Positions 28,491 to 37,230 of a stretch of DNA of 64,000 nt are shown here, piece after piece. Numbering within the stretch: position 1 is the stretch's first letter; each line of letters opens with the position of its first letter. The stretch comes from Desulfosudaceae bacterium (GTDB lineage: Bacteria; Desulfobacterota; Desulfobacteria; Desulfobacterales; Desulfosudaceae). Location of the stretch: the NCBI GenBank assembly GCA_963674745.2, contig CAXXDV010000001.1, positions 1,792,001 to 1,856,000 on the forward strand, given 5' to 3'. Both the position numbers and the translations under genes were made by a program. Under the pieces are notes generated by a model. That model did not search any database and was not told the DNA's origin. It saw nothing but the letters and a program-made list of their open reading frames with translations.

Positions 28491-30182
28491 AAACTCCATG
28501 TTTTCCACAAAGGCCATCATAAAGTCAGGTCGTTCCGCCAGAGACAGGTGCTCGGCTTCCGCCAGCCGGGCTTCGATAAACCGGCGCGCGTTTGTGTCGG
28601 TCAACATCCGCTGACAGCCCAGCAGACTGGAATTCCCGGCAAAGCTGAGTTTTCCCGTCAGTTCCGGCGGCAACAGGCCGATGGCCGCCAGGCTGTCGGG
28701 ATTCAGGGTAAAACCGAAACCGCCGGCCACGACCACCTCATCAATCTCCTGGCCAATTTCCTTGATAAAAATATCAACCGCCGTTCTGATAGCGCTTTTG
28801 GCCAGCTGAACCTGGCGGATATCTTTTTGCGTGAAAAAAACGTTGTCTCCGTAAGCAAAAGCCGTTACGTCGTCGACATGCTGTATGCAGGCCGTAATGT
28901 CTGTTGAAAACCGGCCGTCGTTGTCGGGGACATCCATGCGGCCGCTGGGGTCGATTACGCCCAGCTTGAGCAGGCCGGCGGTCAGGTCGATAATGCCGCT
29001 GCCGCAGATGCCTCTGGCCGGCGCCCCGCCGATGGTGGAGATGCCCAAGCCGTCGCCGACCACTTCGACGGTTTCAACCGCCCCGATGCCGGCCCGCATG
29101 CCGCTGGACATGCCCATGCCCTCAAAAGCAGGGCCGGCGGCGGTTGAGGTGATCAGAATCCGGTCATCCGTCTGCAGGCCGATTTCACCGTTGGTACCGA
29201 TGTCGATAAACAAAACCGTTTTGTTCCGGTTAAAAAAGCCGTCACAAATCAGCATGCCGGCGCTGATGTCGGAACCCACAAAGGCATGGGCGACCGGCGG
29301 AACGTAAACCTGCGCGGCAGGGTTAATCGTGTCAGGCAAAAATGTTCGGGCCGGGTAGCAACGGCCGCCTTCGATATCCACGTCAAACGGAGACCTGCCC
29401 AGTGGTTCGGGGTTGATTCCGGCCGCGATCTGCAGCATGGCCGTATTGCCGCCAACGACCACATCCAGGATTTCCATCGGATCGGCCCGGGTATGAACGC
29501 AGACTTCCCGGATAATTTTCCGGAGTCCCTTGTTCACCTCGCCGGTCAAATCCCGCAGGCCGTCCGGTGTGGAGCCTGTTTGAATACGGGTCATAACGTC
29601 ATGCCCCATGGCAATCTGCGGGTTTAGTGTGGAAACCGTGGAAAGCACCCGGCCGGTCTCAAGGCAGACCAGGCTGCCGACCAATGTCGTGGTGCCGATG
29701 TCAATGGCGAGGCCCTTGGGAGAAAACCGCTGTTCCCAGTTGGACAGTGAAAAACATTCGTTTTCATAGTACATGGCAACACAATCGTTCCGGGGTTCGG
29801 TTTCCAGCCGGACGGCAAAAGCGGTTTTATTCGGGGCAATCTCCTCTTCCGTTGATTCTCCCGAGAAAACGGTGCCTTCCAGGATAGGCACTTCATCATC
29901 ATCCGGCGTGATCGACAAAACCGTTACCGCCATGTCACGATCCGCTTCCAGGCGGCAGGCCAGTCGAACGCCCCGGGCGGCGTCTTCACTGCTGATGGTT
30001 TCATGCGGCGTTTCCGGGACGACCAACGGATTATTAACCCGGACCAGGCACTGGCCGCATACCCCCTGACCGTTGCAGGGGGTTTCCAGGGGCACTCCGG
30101 CACGTAAAAGAACATCCCGGATGGTTTCGCCGGTAAATGCGGTGATGCTTTTTTTCTCTGGCAAAATGATGATGTCAGCCAT
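28485..30182 (-). CDS. ASKHA-family corrinoid reductive activator (RACE) with N-terminal 2Fe-2S domain
   Basis: CNGQGVCGQC...RLAC; DIGTTT; DIGTNGE; AGPAFEG; GICGSG. Confidence 0.92.
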   Translation of the reverse strand: MADIIILPEKKSITAFTGETIRDVLLRAGVPLETPCNGQGVCGQCLVRVNNPLVVPETPHETISSEDAARGVRLACRLEADRDMAVTVLSITPDDDEVPILEGTVFSGESTEEEIAPNKTAFAVRLETEPRNDCVAMYYENECFSLSNWEQRFSPKGLAIDIGTTTLVGSLVCLETGRVLSTVSTLNPQIAMGHDVMTRIQTGSTPDGLRDLTGEVNKGLRKIIREVCVHTRADPMEILDVVVGGNTAMLQIAAGINPEPLGRSPFDVDIEGGRCYPARTFLPDTINPAAQVYVPPVAHAFVGSDISAGMLICDGFFNRNKTVLFIDIGTNGEIGLQTDDRILITSTAAGPAFEGMGMSSGMRAGIGAVETVEVVGDGLGISTIGGAPARGICGSGIIDLTAGLLKLGVIDPSGRMDVPDNDGRFSTDITACIQHVDDVTAFAYGDNVFFTQKDIRQVQLAKSAIRTAVDIFIKEIGQEIDEVVVAGGFGFTLNPDSLAAIGLLPPELTGKLSFAGNSSLLGCQRMLTDTNARRFIEARLAEAEHLSLAERPDFMMAFVENMEFV

Positions 30183-30196
30183 AATTGTGTCCAGTG

Positions 30197-30742
30197 TCAG
30201 TCATGACGCAAGGGAGAAAAGGAAACGGATTCTGTGAAATCTTCCGTCAGGGCATCCAGCTTGCGCCGGAGCGTTTCATTTTCCAGTTCCGGTGGAACAG
30301 CGACCAGGATGCGCATGCTGAATTCGGCGCTGTCGCTGTCTGTTTCCAGCGTGTCCAGGCTGGTCTCCATTTCAATGATATTAATGCCCAGCGCGGACAA
30401 AAGCTGTGACGTCCGGTAGACAATGCCCATACGATCCTGGCCTTTGACGCGGATTTCATAATTCGGCTGTCTTGGCGCACCGGTTTCTTCTTCAGCGTCG
30501 CGTTTAAAAACGGTCACGCTCAGGTCATGTTCTTCCCTCAACCGGTAGCAGGCATCACGTAGTTTTTCATACGTGTCCGCCTGTTCACCGGTAACCAGGA
30601 TCATCAGGGAAAAATGGGTCCCCAGAAAGGTCATCCGGGAATCTTCAAAATTAAAGCCGCAGTCGTAAATCGCTCTGGAAATCCGGGCGACGATACCGGT
30701 AATATTGGCGCCCACGGCCGAAATGATAAAATGCTGTGTCAT
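30197..30742 (-). CDS. GcvR-like tandem ACT-domain protein
   Basis: ISAVGANITGIV...NFEDSRMT; second ACT GQDRMGIV. Confidence 0.8.
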   Translation of the reverse strand: MTQHFIISAVGANITGIVARISRAIYDCGFNFEDSRMTFLGTHFSLMILVTGEQADTYEKLRDACYRLREEHDLSVTVFKRDAEEETGAPRQPNYEIRVKGQDRMGIVYRTSQLLSALGINIIEMETSLDTLETDSDSAEFSMRILVAVPPELENETLRRKLDALTEDFTESVSFSPLRHD

Positions 30743-30761
30743 GGTTTTCTCAAATTTTTTT

Positions 30762-31075
30762 GACACAGATGGCAGGGATGGGCACGGATTTTTTTAAGAA
30801 TATTTTATCCATAAAATCCGTGTAATCCGTGTAATCCATGTCTTATTATATAATTGAATATTTCCTAAACAACTAAATTTTGGAGAGAACACGGGCAAGC
30901 TGTCGCTTCGCCCGTGGCACCCATTTTTGTTTTTTCCCAAATAACGAATTACGACACAATCTGCGGTCCCGAACTTAAAACTCTAACACTTTAAAACCCT
31001 AAAACACTTAAAGCCCCGGTATTTCAAAACCCTCCGCCCCCCTAACCACCTAATCACATAACCACTTAACCACTC
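30762..31075. repeat. Intergenic patchwork of several short repeat families
   Basis: 9-mer CACGGAT/AATCCGTGT inverted repeats, a CACGGGC...GCCCGTGGCACCC hairpin, and TAAAACYC/TAACCACY tandem tracts. Confidence 0.7.
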
Positions 31076-33073
31076 TTATATTCCCGGGCTGCCTAGAGCC
31101 CTGGCCAGAATCCGATTCAGCGGCCCCTCGACAGTTTCCGACAGGGTCACCCGGGGGGCTTTAGCCCCGGCGGTGCAACATTTCTCCTGCGCTGTCCGGG
31201 AGACCGTCTCCCGGGCAAATTCCATGGCCGTCTTTTCTTCCTTGAAAACACGCCGGGATTCCCCGGATTGCATGATAAACTGTCTGGTTTCTCCGGATTC
31301 GTGAACATAGACCAGTGCCTCGGCTTCGGTCATAATCAGGCCGACAACAGCCCCGGCGGCATTGGCCACCGATGCGTATTCCGGCAGGACAAATTGAGCG
31401 TTCAAGATGTCGGCCACCCGCTTGACAAAATAACCGGCCGGCGCGCCGATTCCGATAACCGGAAACCTGCTGGAAATTGATATGGATACGGCCGCCTTTT
31501 TTTCGCCCAGGGATTGATCAAACAGCCACCGTCCCCACTTGCCGTCTATGCGTTCAGGAAGCGGGTGCCTTTCCCTGGCCAGAAACACGATGGCCTCTTC
31601 AGCGATCATGGCGGTAATGCGATCCAGTACCGGTTGAATAAAATCCGCCGGCGTTTTCCGGCACAACTGGCAGATCCCGGAAACAGCCAGTTCGGACGTC
31701 CGGGCGCACCAGTTATCCATTTCATTGCCGGCATGCAGCAGGTCTGTAGGTGTCAGCGTGGCTACACCGATATTACCATTCCGGATCAGTGTCTCGGCGT
31801 CGAGTTGAACCTCATGGTGTACCCCGGTTGTTTTCAGAACGGCCGAAAGGCTCTGGGGCTTTTCGGTCAACAGGGAAAAAAGGTGCCGCACGGGCGAAGA
31901 ACAGGCCGCCAGGACTTCCGGTTCCGGCTGTTTCTGCAGCAGCCAGTAGGTCAGGTCTGTTGAATTCCATATGTAACCCCGGCGCTTATCAAGTCTTTCC
32001 AGGTCTTCTTTAACCGTGGGAAAGGACGCCGCCAGCCGGGAAAGGGGGATGACCCGGTCCGGTCCGATGCCGATCTGGCCCTCATGATCGATATAGATTT
32101 TGCTGTCACAGCCGACAACGGCGGTCCTGATTCTGGCGGCACGAACCGCGGTGTTAATGTCACCCACCCGGGCGCCGTCTTCCGATACCGCTACGGCACC
32201 GTCTCTCATCAGGGCCATATCCGTGGTCGTTCCACCGATGTCGATCACCAGGGCCGAATCAAGTTGCGAAAAAAATTTCCCGCCGATGGCGCTGGCCGCG
32301 GGCCCGGATAATACGGTTTCCACCGGTCGCAAAACAGCTTCGTTCTGGGGCATTAAATACCCGTTACCTTTGACCACCATAAGGGGGGCGGTTATCCGCC
32401 GGTCTCTCAAGGCCCGTTGAACGGCGGTGGTGAACTCGTGCATCACCGCCACCAGGGAGGCGTTTAAACAGGCGGTGGAGGCCCTTTTTATGGAATCCAG
32501 CCGGGTGGAAAGCTGATGACCCAGGACAATCGGCAGGTCGCATAATTGCGAAATCGTTTCCAGAGCGGCAAGTTCATGAGCCGTGTTCAGCGGACTGAAA
32601 TAACTCGATACCGCCAGTGCTTCCAGGTGATCCTTGTTTTCTTTTACCCAGGTAATGATGCCGTCAATGTCAAGCGGCGCCTGCTCTTCCCCCTGGGAGG
32701 TGTGACCGCCGTGAAAATAAGCGATTTGTGCTGCCGAAAAGCCGCTGTCAAATTGATAATCGCTGATCAGGTCAGGGTCATAGCCGATAAGGATCAAACC
32801 GGTTTTCCGGATTTTCCCTTCAGCCACCGAATTGGTGGCCAGGGTGGATGACATGCCCACCAGCATGATTTTTTCCGGATCATCGATCTTCAGTTTTTCG
32901 ATGGCCCTGATAATGCCTCTGGCCAGGTCGCCATGGTCCGTCAGGGTTTTGGCTGAAGAAACAATATTGTGCCCGGCATAATCAAGAAGAACACTGTCCG
33001 TGAACGTTCCGCCCGTGTCGATGCCGAGCAGGTACCCTCCATTGGCCTGGCTATGATTGATACTTGCCATCAT
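31076..33073 (-). CDS. Hydantoinase/oxoprolinase A-like protein
   Basis: GIDTGGTFTD, STLATN, LSGPAAS, DIGGTTTD, TPTD. Confidence 0.88.
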   Translation of the reverse strand: MMASINHSQANGGYLLGIDTGGTFTDSVLLDYAGHNIVSSAKTLTDHGDLARGIIRAIEKLKIDDPEKIMLVGMSSTLATNSVAEGKIRKTGLILIGYDPDLISDYQFDSGFSAAQIAYFHGGHTSQGEEQAPLDIDGIITWVKENKDHLEALAVSSYFSPLNTAHELAALETISQLCDLPIVLGHQLSTRLDSIKRASTACLNASLVAVMHEFTTAVQRALRDRRITAPLMVVKGNGYLMPQNEAVLRPVETVLSGPAASAIGGKFFSQLDSALVIDIGGTTTDMALMRDGAVAVSEDGARVGDINTAVRAARIRTAVVGCDSKIYIDHEGQIGIGPDRVIPLSRLAASFPTVKEDLERLDKRRGYIWNSTDLTYWLLQKQPEPEVLAACSSPVRHLFSLLTEKPQSLSAVLKTTGVHHEVQLDAETLIRNGNIGVATLTPTDLLHAGNEMDNWCARTSELAVSGICQLCRKTPADFIQPVLDRITAMIAEEAIVFLARERHPLPERIDGKWGRWLFDQSLGEKKAAVSISISSRFPVIGIGAPAGYFVKRVADILNAQFVLPEYASVANAAGAVVGLIMTEAEALVYVHESGETRQFIMQSGESRRVFKEEKTAMEFARETVSRTAQEKCCTAGAKAPRVTLSETVEGPLNRILARALGSPGI

Positions 33074-33089
33074 TCATGTGTCTGTTTGT

Positions 33090-33174
33090 CTGTTTACCGG
33101 AAACAGGGGTCAAGGATCCAAGGGTTCGAGGATTCAAGTGCTTATTTCCCTTGACCCCTTGACCCCTTGAATCC
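33090..33174. repeat. Inverted octamer tandem-repeat element
   Basis: GGGGTCAA-GGATCCAA-GGGTTCGA-GGATTCAA-GTG ... TTGACCCC-TTGACCCC-TTGAATCC; same CTGTTT/AAACAG hairpin as at 28411. Confidence 0.8.
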
Positions 33175-33181
33175 TATGTTT

Positions 33182-34669
33182 TTATTCCCTTGTAATGCCG
33201 GTCTTGGAGAAATATTCATCTCCTTCGGCCAGGACTTTATTGATGTCTTTTTTGACATCTTCGGGCACCTTGACGATGGGGCCTTCATAGTTGTCAATAA
33301 TGTCTCTGGTCTTTTCAATGATCCGGTCTTTCATGGTCGTACGGCCCTTGGCGTCCCAGTCTTCGTAACTGTTGCGATCCATCAGGGTCGGCCGCCAGTG
33401 ATCCCGGAAATATTTCATGGTGTGGTCTTCATACAGGTAATGACCACCCGGTCCCACGTTGTTGATGACGTCAACGGCCAGGGTCTCTTCGGTAATTTCA
33501 ACACCCTGTTGAATGCACCGGGCCATACCGATGATTTCATCGTCCATGACGGTCTGAAATATATCGCCGGTAATGCCGGATTCGGTGTAGCCGTTATCGT
33601 GAACGAATTCCGCGCCGCTCAACATGGCGGCATGAATGGAAAAGGCGGCTTCAATGGCCGACTGGGTGTCCATGGACTTGGTGTCCGTGCATCCCGAGGT
33701 GGAAAACATGGGCAGTCCCATAAAGTGGGCCACTTCGGTCATGGCGGCGGAAAGAATGCTCAGCTCGGGCGCACCGTATGAGTATACGGATCGGCGCATG
33801 TCCAGAATGGACTGGACGCCGCCCACGATGACGCAGGTGCCGGGGTTGATCAGCTGGGCCACCACCACGCCGACCATAGCTTCGGACAGGCCGACGATAA
33901 TCTGTCCGGCGTGAGAGGCCGGGACCGTGGCGCCGCCGATGCAGCAGGGGGTGTAAACCTGTGGAATCCGGTTCTCGGCGCAGTATACGCATTTATCCAT
34001 GGCGTGAAAATCACTGGTCAGCGGTGAAATCGGTTCGCCGTAATGGATGAAGTTGGGTTTTATGCGAAAGGCGTCTTCGCCGCCGGCCATGATGATTCCG
34101 ATCTTGTGCTCCATGGCACAGGATTCACGGGTAAAGGCCCAGTTCATGATGGGGGTGGTAGTATTTAATATCATGTCGGCGAATTCATAGACCGCCTCCA
34201 TGCCTACCTGGACGTCACTGATGGAACCCAGCGACTGTACGTAACCGATATTGGGCAGGGCGTCGCATACCCGGGCCACCAGGGAGGCGTCTTTTCTGAT
34301 GTAAGGGCGCCGTTCCAGTGTGTCGGTATCAATAAAATTCGGCGGCGTCGGTCCGGGGCCGAAATAGCTGCGGCCGTGTTCGATCCAGATTTTTTTGCTC
34401 TCATCATCGTCCCAGGCGAAAACTTCGGTAAAGGGCGGTGCTGTTGAGAGTGCTTCGGTTATCAGGTGCTGTGGAATCCGCACCCGGTTACCATCTACCA
34501 GGGCCCCGGCCTTTTTTAACAGGTCCCGGGCATATTCATGGTTTACATTGACCCCGGTTGTCAGCAGGGTCCGAAGAACACCATGATAAATCGCCGCTTT
34601 CTGGTCCTCGGACAGGATTGAAAACTGAGGCGTTAAATGAACGGTCATATTGGTTTGCGTGCTTCCCAT
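33182..34669 (-). CDS. MttB-superfamily corrinoid methyltransferase (non-pyrrolysine)
   Basis: ISPL, GATVP, YGAPE, SGCTDTK..D.QSAIE, VGPGGHYL; no in-frame TAG. Confidence 0.92.
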   Translation of the reverse strand: MGSTQTNMTVHLTPQFSILSEDQKAAIYHGVLRTLLTTGVNVNHEYARDLLKKAGALVDGNRVRIPQHLITEALSTAPPFTEVFAWDDDESKKIWIEHGRSYFGPGPTPPNFIDTDTLERRPYIRKDASLVARVCDALPNIGYVQSLGSISDVQVGMEAVYEFADMILNTTTPIMNWAFTRESCAMEHKIGIIMAGGEDAFRIKPNFIHYGEPISPLTSDFHAMDKCVYCAENRIPQVYTPCCIGGATVPASHAGQIIVGLSEAMVGVVVAQLINPGTCVIVGGVQSILDMRRSVYSYGAPELSILSAAMTEVAHFMGLPMFSTSGCTDTKSMDTQSAIEAAFSIHAAMLSGAEFVHDNGYTESGITGDIFQTVMDDEIIGMARCIQQGVEITEETLAVDVINNVGPGGHYLYEDHTMKYFRDHWRPTLMDRNSYEDWDAKGRTTMKDRIIEKTRDIIDNYEGPIVKVPEDVKKDINKVLAEGDEYFSKTGITRE

Positions 34670-34743
34670 ATTATCTCCTTATATTGAACTGTTTTTCATA
34701 ACGGCCGGGTTATGCTCGTGTTGACGGCCGTTATCAGACAGGT

Positions 34744-36222
34744 CTATGCGTGGCGTTTTTCAGCCGCGTCGATAATCGCTTTTAATTCCTGTTTGACTTT
34801 GTCGTCCAGGGGCTCGGGTTGGTACTCGGCGATAATCTTGTCGGTTTTTTCATTGATGCGGTCGTTCATGGACTTTGAGCCTTCTTCCGTCCAGGAATCA
34901 AAATCGGCCCGGTCCTGGAGCTGGGGACGGAACCATTCGCCCCAATGGTCGAAGGTATGATCGTGGGTGACAAACTCGCCGCCCGGCCCGACCTCATCGA
35001 TGACCTCCAGCGCCATGTGTTTCTCGTCGGTGCAGATACCTTTACCCATCTGCCGGACCATGCCCATGATTTCTTCGTTCATGACCAGGGCTTCCAGAGA
35101 GGCGTTGGTGCCGCTGTCGATATAGCCGACGTCATGGATCAGGCTGGCGCCGGACAGGTAGGCATAGAACAGGCTGGTGGTAAATTCGATGGCCGCCTGT
35201 TCGTCCACGACCTTGGAATCCGTGCACCCGCCGGTGGAGAACATCAGCAGGCCCAGCCATTTGGAGATATCGGTGTTGGCCGCGGAAGCCAGTGACAGCT
35301 CCGGCGCGCCATAGGAGTAGGTGGTGGTCATCATATCCATGACAGTGGTTACACCGCCCATGATCAGCGGCATGCCCGGTTTTTTGAGGTAGCAAAGGGC
35401 GACGGCCATCAACGTCTCCGCCAGGGACTGAACCAGCATGCCGGCGATGGTGGCCGGTGCGGTGGCGCCTGAACTGGGGCAGGGCGTATACATGGCGGGA
35501 ATCCCTTTTTCCGCCGCAAACAGCAGTTTCTCGATGGCTGTGCGGTCATTTCTCAAGGGAGAGATCGGTTCGATATAGGCCACGAACATGGGGTTGAGCC
35601 GGAATTCTTCTTCTCCCCCGCGAATCACGCAGGCCATTTTCCAGATGTCTTCCAGGCCTTCCCCGTCCACGCTGGTCACAACGTATGGCTTGGTGCAGCC
35701 TTCCAGCAGGGCCATAAACTGATGGCGGTCATAGGTCAGGGGGTTGGGCGCGTCACTGACGATGCCGTGGGACATGAAAAAATCATAGTTGGGCAGGCAG
35801 TCCACAAACTTGCCGGCCATCACGATGTCATCGAAAGTGGTCCGCCGTCGTTGACCGGTTTTGCGGTCATAGGTAAACGGCAGGTCGGAACCGGTGCCGA
35901 ATCCCGCGGAATTTTTCTGCAGCTTAAGGGATCGTTGGCCGTTTCTGCCCATGAGCGTGATTTTTCTGGGATAGGCCTGCAATGCCCGCTCCACCAGGGA
36001 GGTGGGAATGCGCACCCGGTTGCCCCTCACGACCGCGTCGCTGTCTTTGAACAATGCCAGGGCATCATCCTGAAAAATATCAACACCGGTTGACTCCAGC
36101 ACATCCAGGGCCGAAAAATAGATCTGTTCGATCTGATCATCGGACAGCACCCGGAATTGCGGCGTTAACTGTACGGTTTCATTTTGTTTTCTAACAACAT
36201 TAATAGATCGGTATGTGGTCAT
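34744..36222 (-). CDS. MttB-superfamily corrinoid methyltransferase (non-pyrrolysine)
   Basis: ISPL, GATAPATIAG, YGAPE, GGCTDSKVVDEQAAIE, VGPGGEF. Confidence 0.92.
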   Translation of the reverse strand: MTTYRSINVVRKQNETVQLTPQFRVLSDDQIEQIYFSALDVLESTGVDIFQDDALALFKDSDAVVRGNRVRIPTSLVERALQAYPRKITLMGRNGQRSLKLQKNSAGFGTGSDLPFTYDRKTGQRRRTTFDDIVMAGKFVDCLPNYDFFMSHGIVSDAPNPLTYDRHQFMALLEGCTKPYVVTSVDGEGLEDIWKMACVIRGGEEEFRLNPMFVAYIEPISPLRNDRTAIEKLLFAAEKGIPAMYTPCPSSGATAPATIAGMLVQSLAETLMAVALCYLKKPGMPLIMGGVTTVMDMMTTTYSYGAPELSLASAANTDISKWLGLLMFSTGGCTDSKVVDEQAAIEFTTSLFYAYLSGASLIHDVGYIDSGTNASLEALVMNEEIMGMVRQMGKGICTDEKHMALEVIDEVGPGGEFVTHDHTFDHWGEWFRPQLQDRADFDSWTEEGSKSMNDRINEKTDKIIAEYQPEPLDDKVKQELKAIIDAAEKRHA

Positions 36223-36436
36223 AAGAACCTCTTTTCTCTATATCATTAAACCATGATAATGGTGTGTCAGTTGAAGTAATCAGAAAAAAGCAACCAACAA
36301 CGGGGGTATTGAACTAACACAAGTCCATTTATGGTCCGACGTCAAAGTAGAAGTGAACCCCGGCAGGGTTGTACTGCGCTATAAAATAACCTGAACGGTT
36401 AAAAAATCGGACACATGAGAATGTAATGGACGGAAG

Positions 36437-37069
36437 CTAACCCAAAACGGCTCTGGCTTTGTCAACAGAGCTGGCTGCGTTGGCGGCGTACGCGTCGGCG
36501 CCGATTTCTTCAGCGAATTCGGCCGTTACGGGCGCGCCGCCGACCAGGACCTTTACGGTGTCCCGCAGGCCCGCTTCTTTTAAGGCATTAATGGTTTCAC
36601 CCATTTTGGGCATGGTGGTGGTCAGCAGGGCCGACATGCCCAGAAGTTCCGGTTTGTGCTCTTTTACGGCATCAACAAAAGCCTGGGGTTTTAAGTCAAT
36701 ACCAAGATTGACGACCTTGAAACCGGCGCCTTCGAACATCATGCCGACCAGGTTTTTACCGATATCATGAAGATCACCTTCCACGGTTCCAAGTACCAGC
36801 GTACCGGCGCCTTTGGTTTCCGCTTCCGACATAAGCGGCCGCAGAATTTCCATGCCCGCGTGCATGGCCTTGGCGGATCGTAATACTTCCGGAATAAACA
36901 TTTCACCGGATTTGAAACGCTGACCGACAACATTCATGCCCGCCAGCAGGCCTTTTTCCAGTGTGTCCTGGGCGGATGTGCCGCCATCGATCGATTCCTG
37001 AACCAGAGCTGATACGTCATCAATTTTTCCTGCGATTAAAGTTTCGGCTATTTTTCCCAAATCAGCCAT
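36437..37069 (-). CDS. Corrinoid (B12-binding) methyl-carrier protein
   Basis: GDLHDIGKNLV DxHxxG motif, SALLTTT; SD GGAGG before ATG 37069. Confidence 0.95.
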   Translation of the reverse strand: MADLGKIAETLIAGKIDDVSALVQESIDGGTSAQDTLEKGLLAGMNVVGQRFKSGEMFIPEVLRSAKAMHAGMEILRPLMSEAETKGAGTLVLGTVEGDLHDIGKNLVGMMFEGAGFKVVNLGIDLKPQAFVDAVKEHKPELLGMSALLTTTMPKMGETINALKEAGLRDTVKVLVGGAPVTAEFAEEIGADAYAANAASSVDKARAVLG

Positions 37070-37230
37070 GAAAATCCTCCTTTTGATTTCAATTAATAAT
37101 ATTATTTTGTTGACGGTATAAAAGGCCGCCACCTGGCTCCTCCCGTACTTTAACGGAAAAAGCGGTTAATAAAGTTATCGGTTAATGTTTAATGATAAAA
37201 TTCGGCCGGACGAATCCGGAGACATTCGGG

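Noticed and set aside
33182..36222. Pyrrolysine read-through in mttB genes
   Set aside because: Both ORFs are full length with no in-frame TAG; no pyl genes in the window
36412..36422. Shared 11-mer (CACATGAGAAT) between the mttB leader and the 11.28 kb RNA
   Set aside because: A single 11-mer match is expected by chance at this window size, and the structural contexts differ
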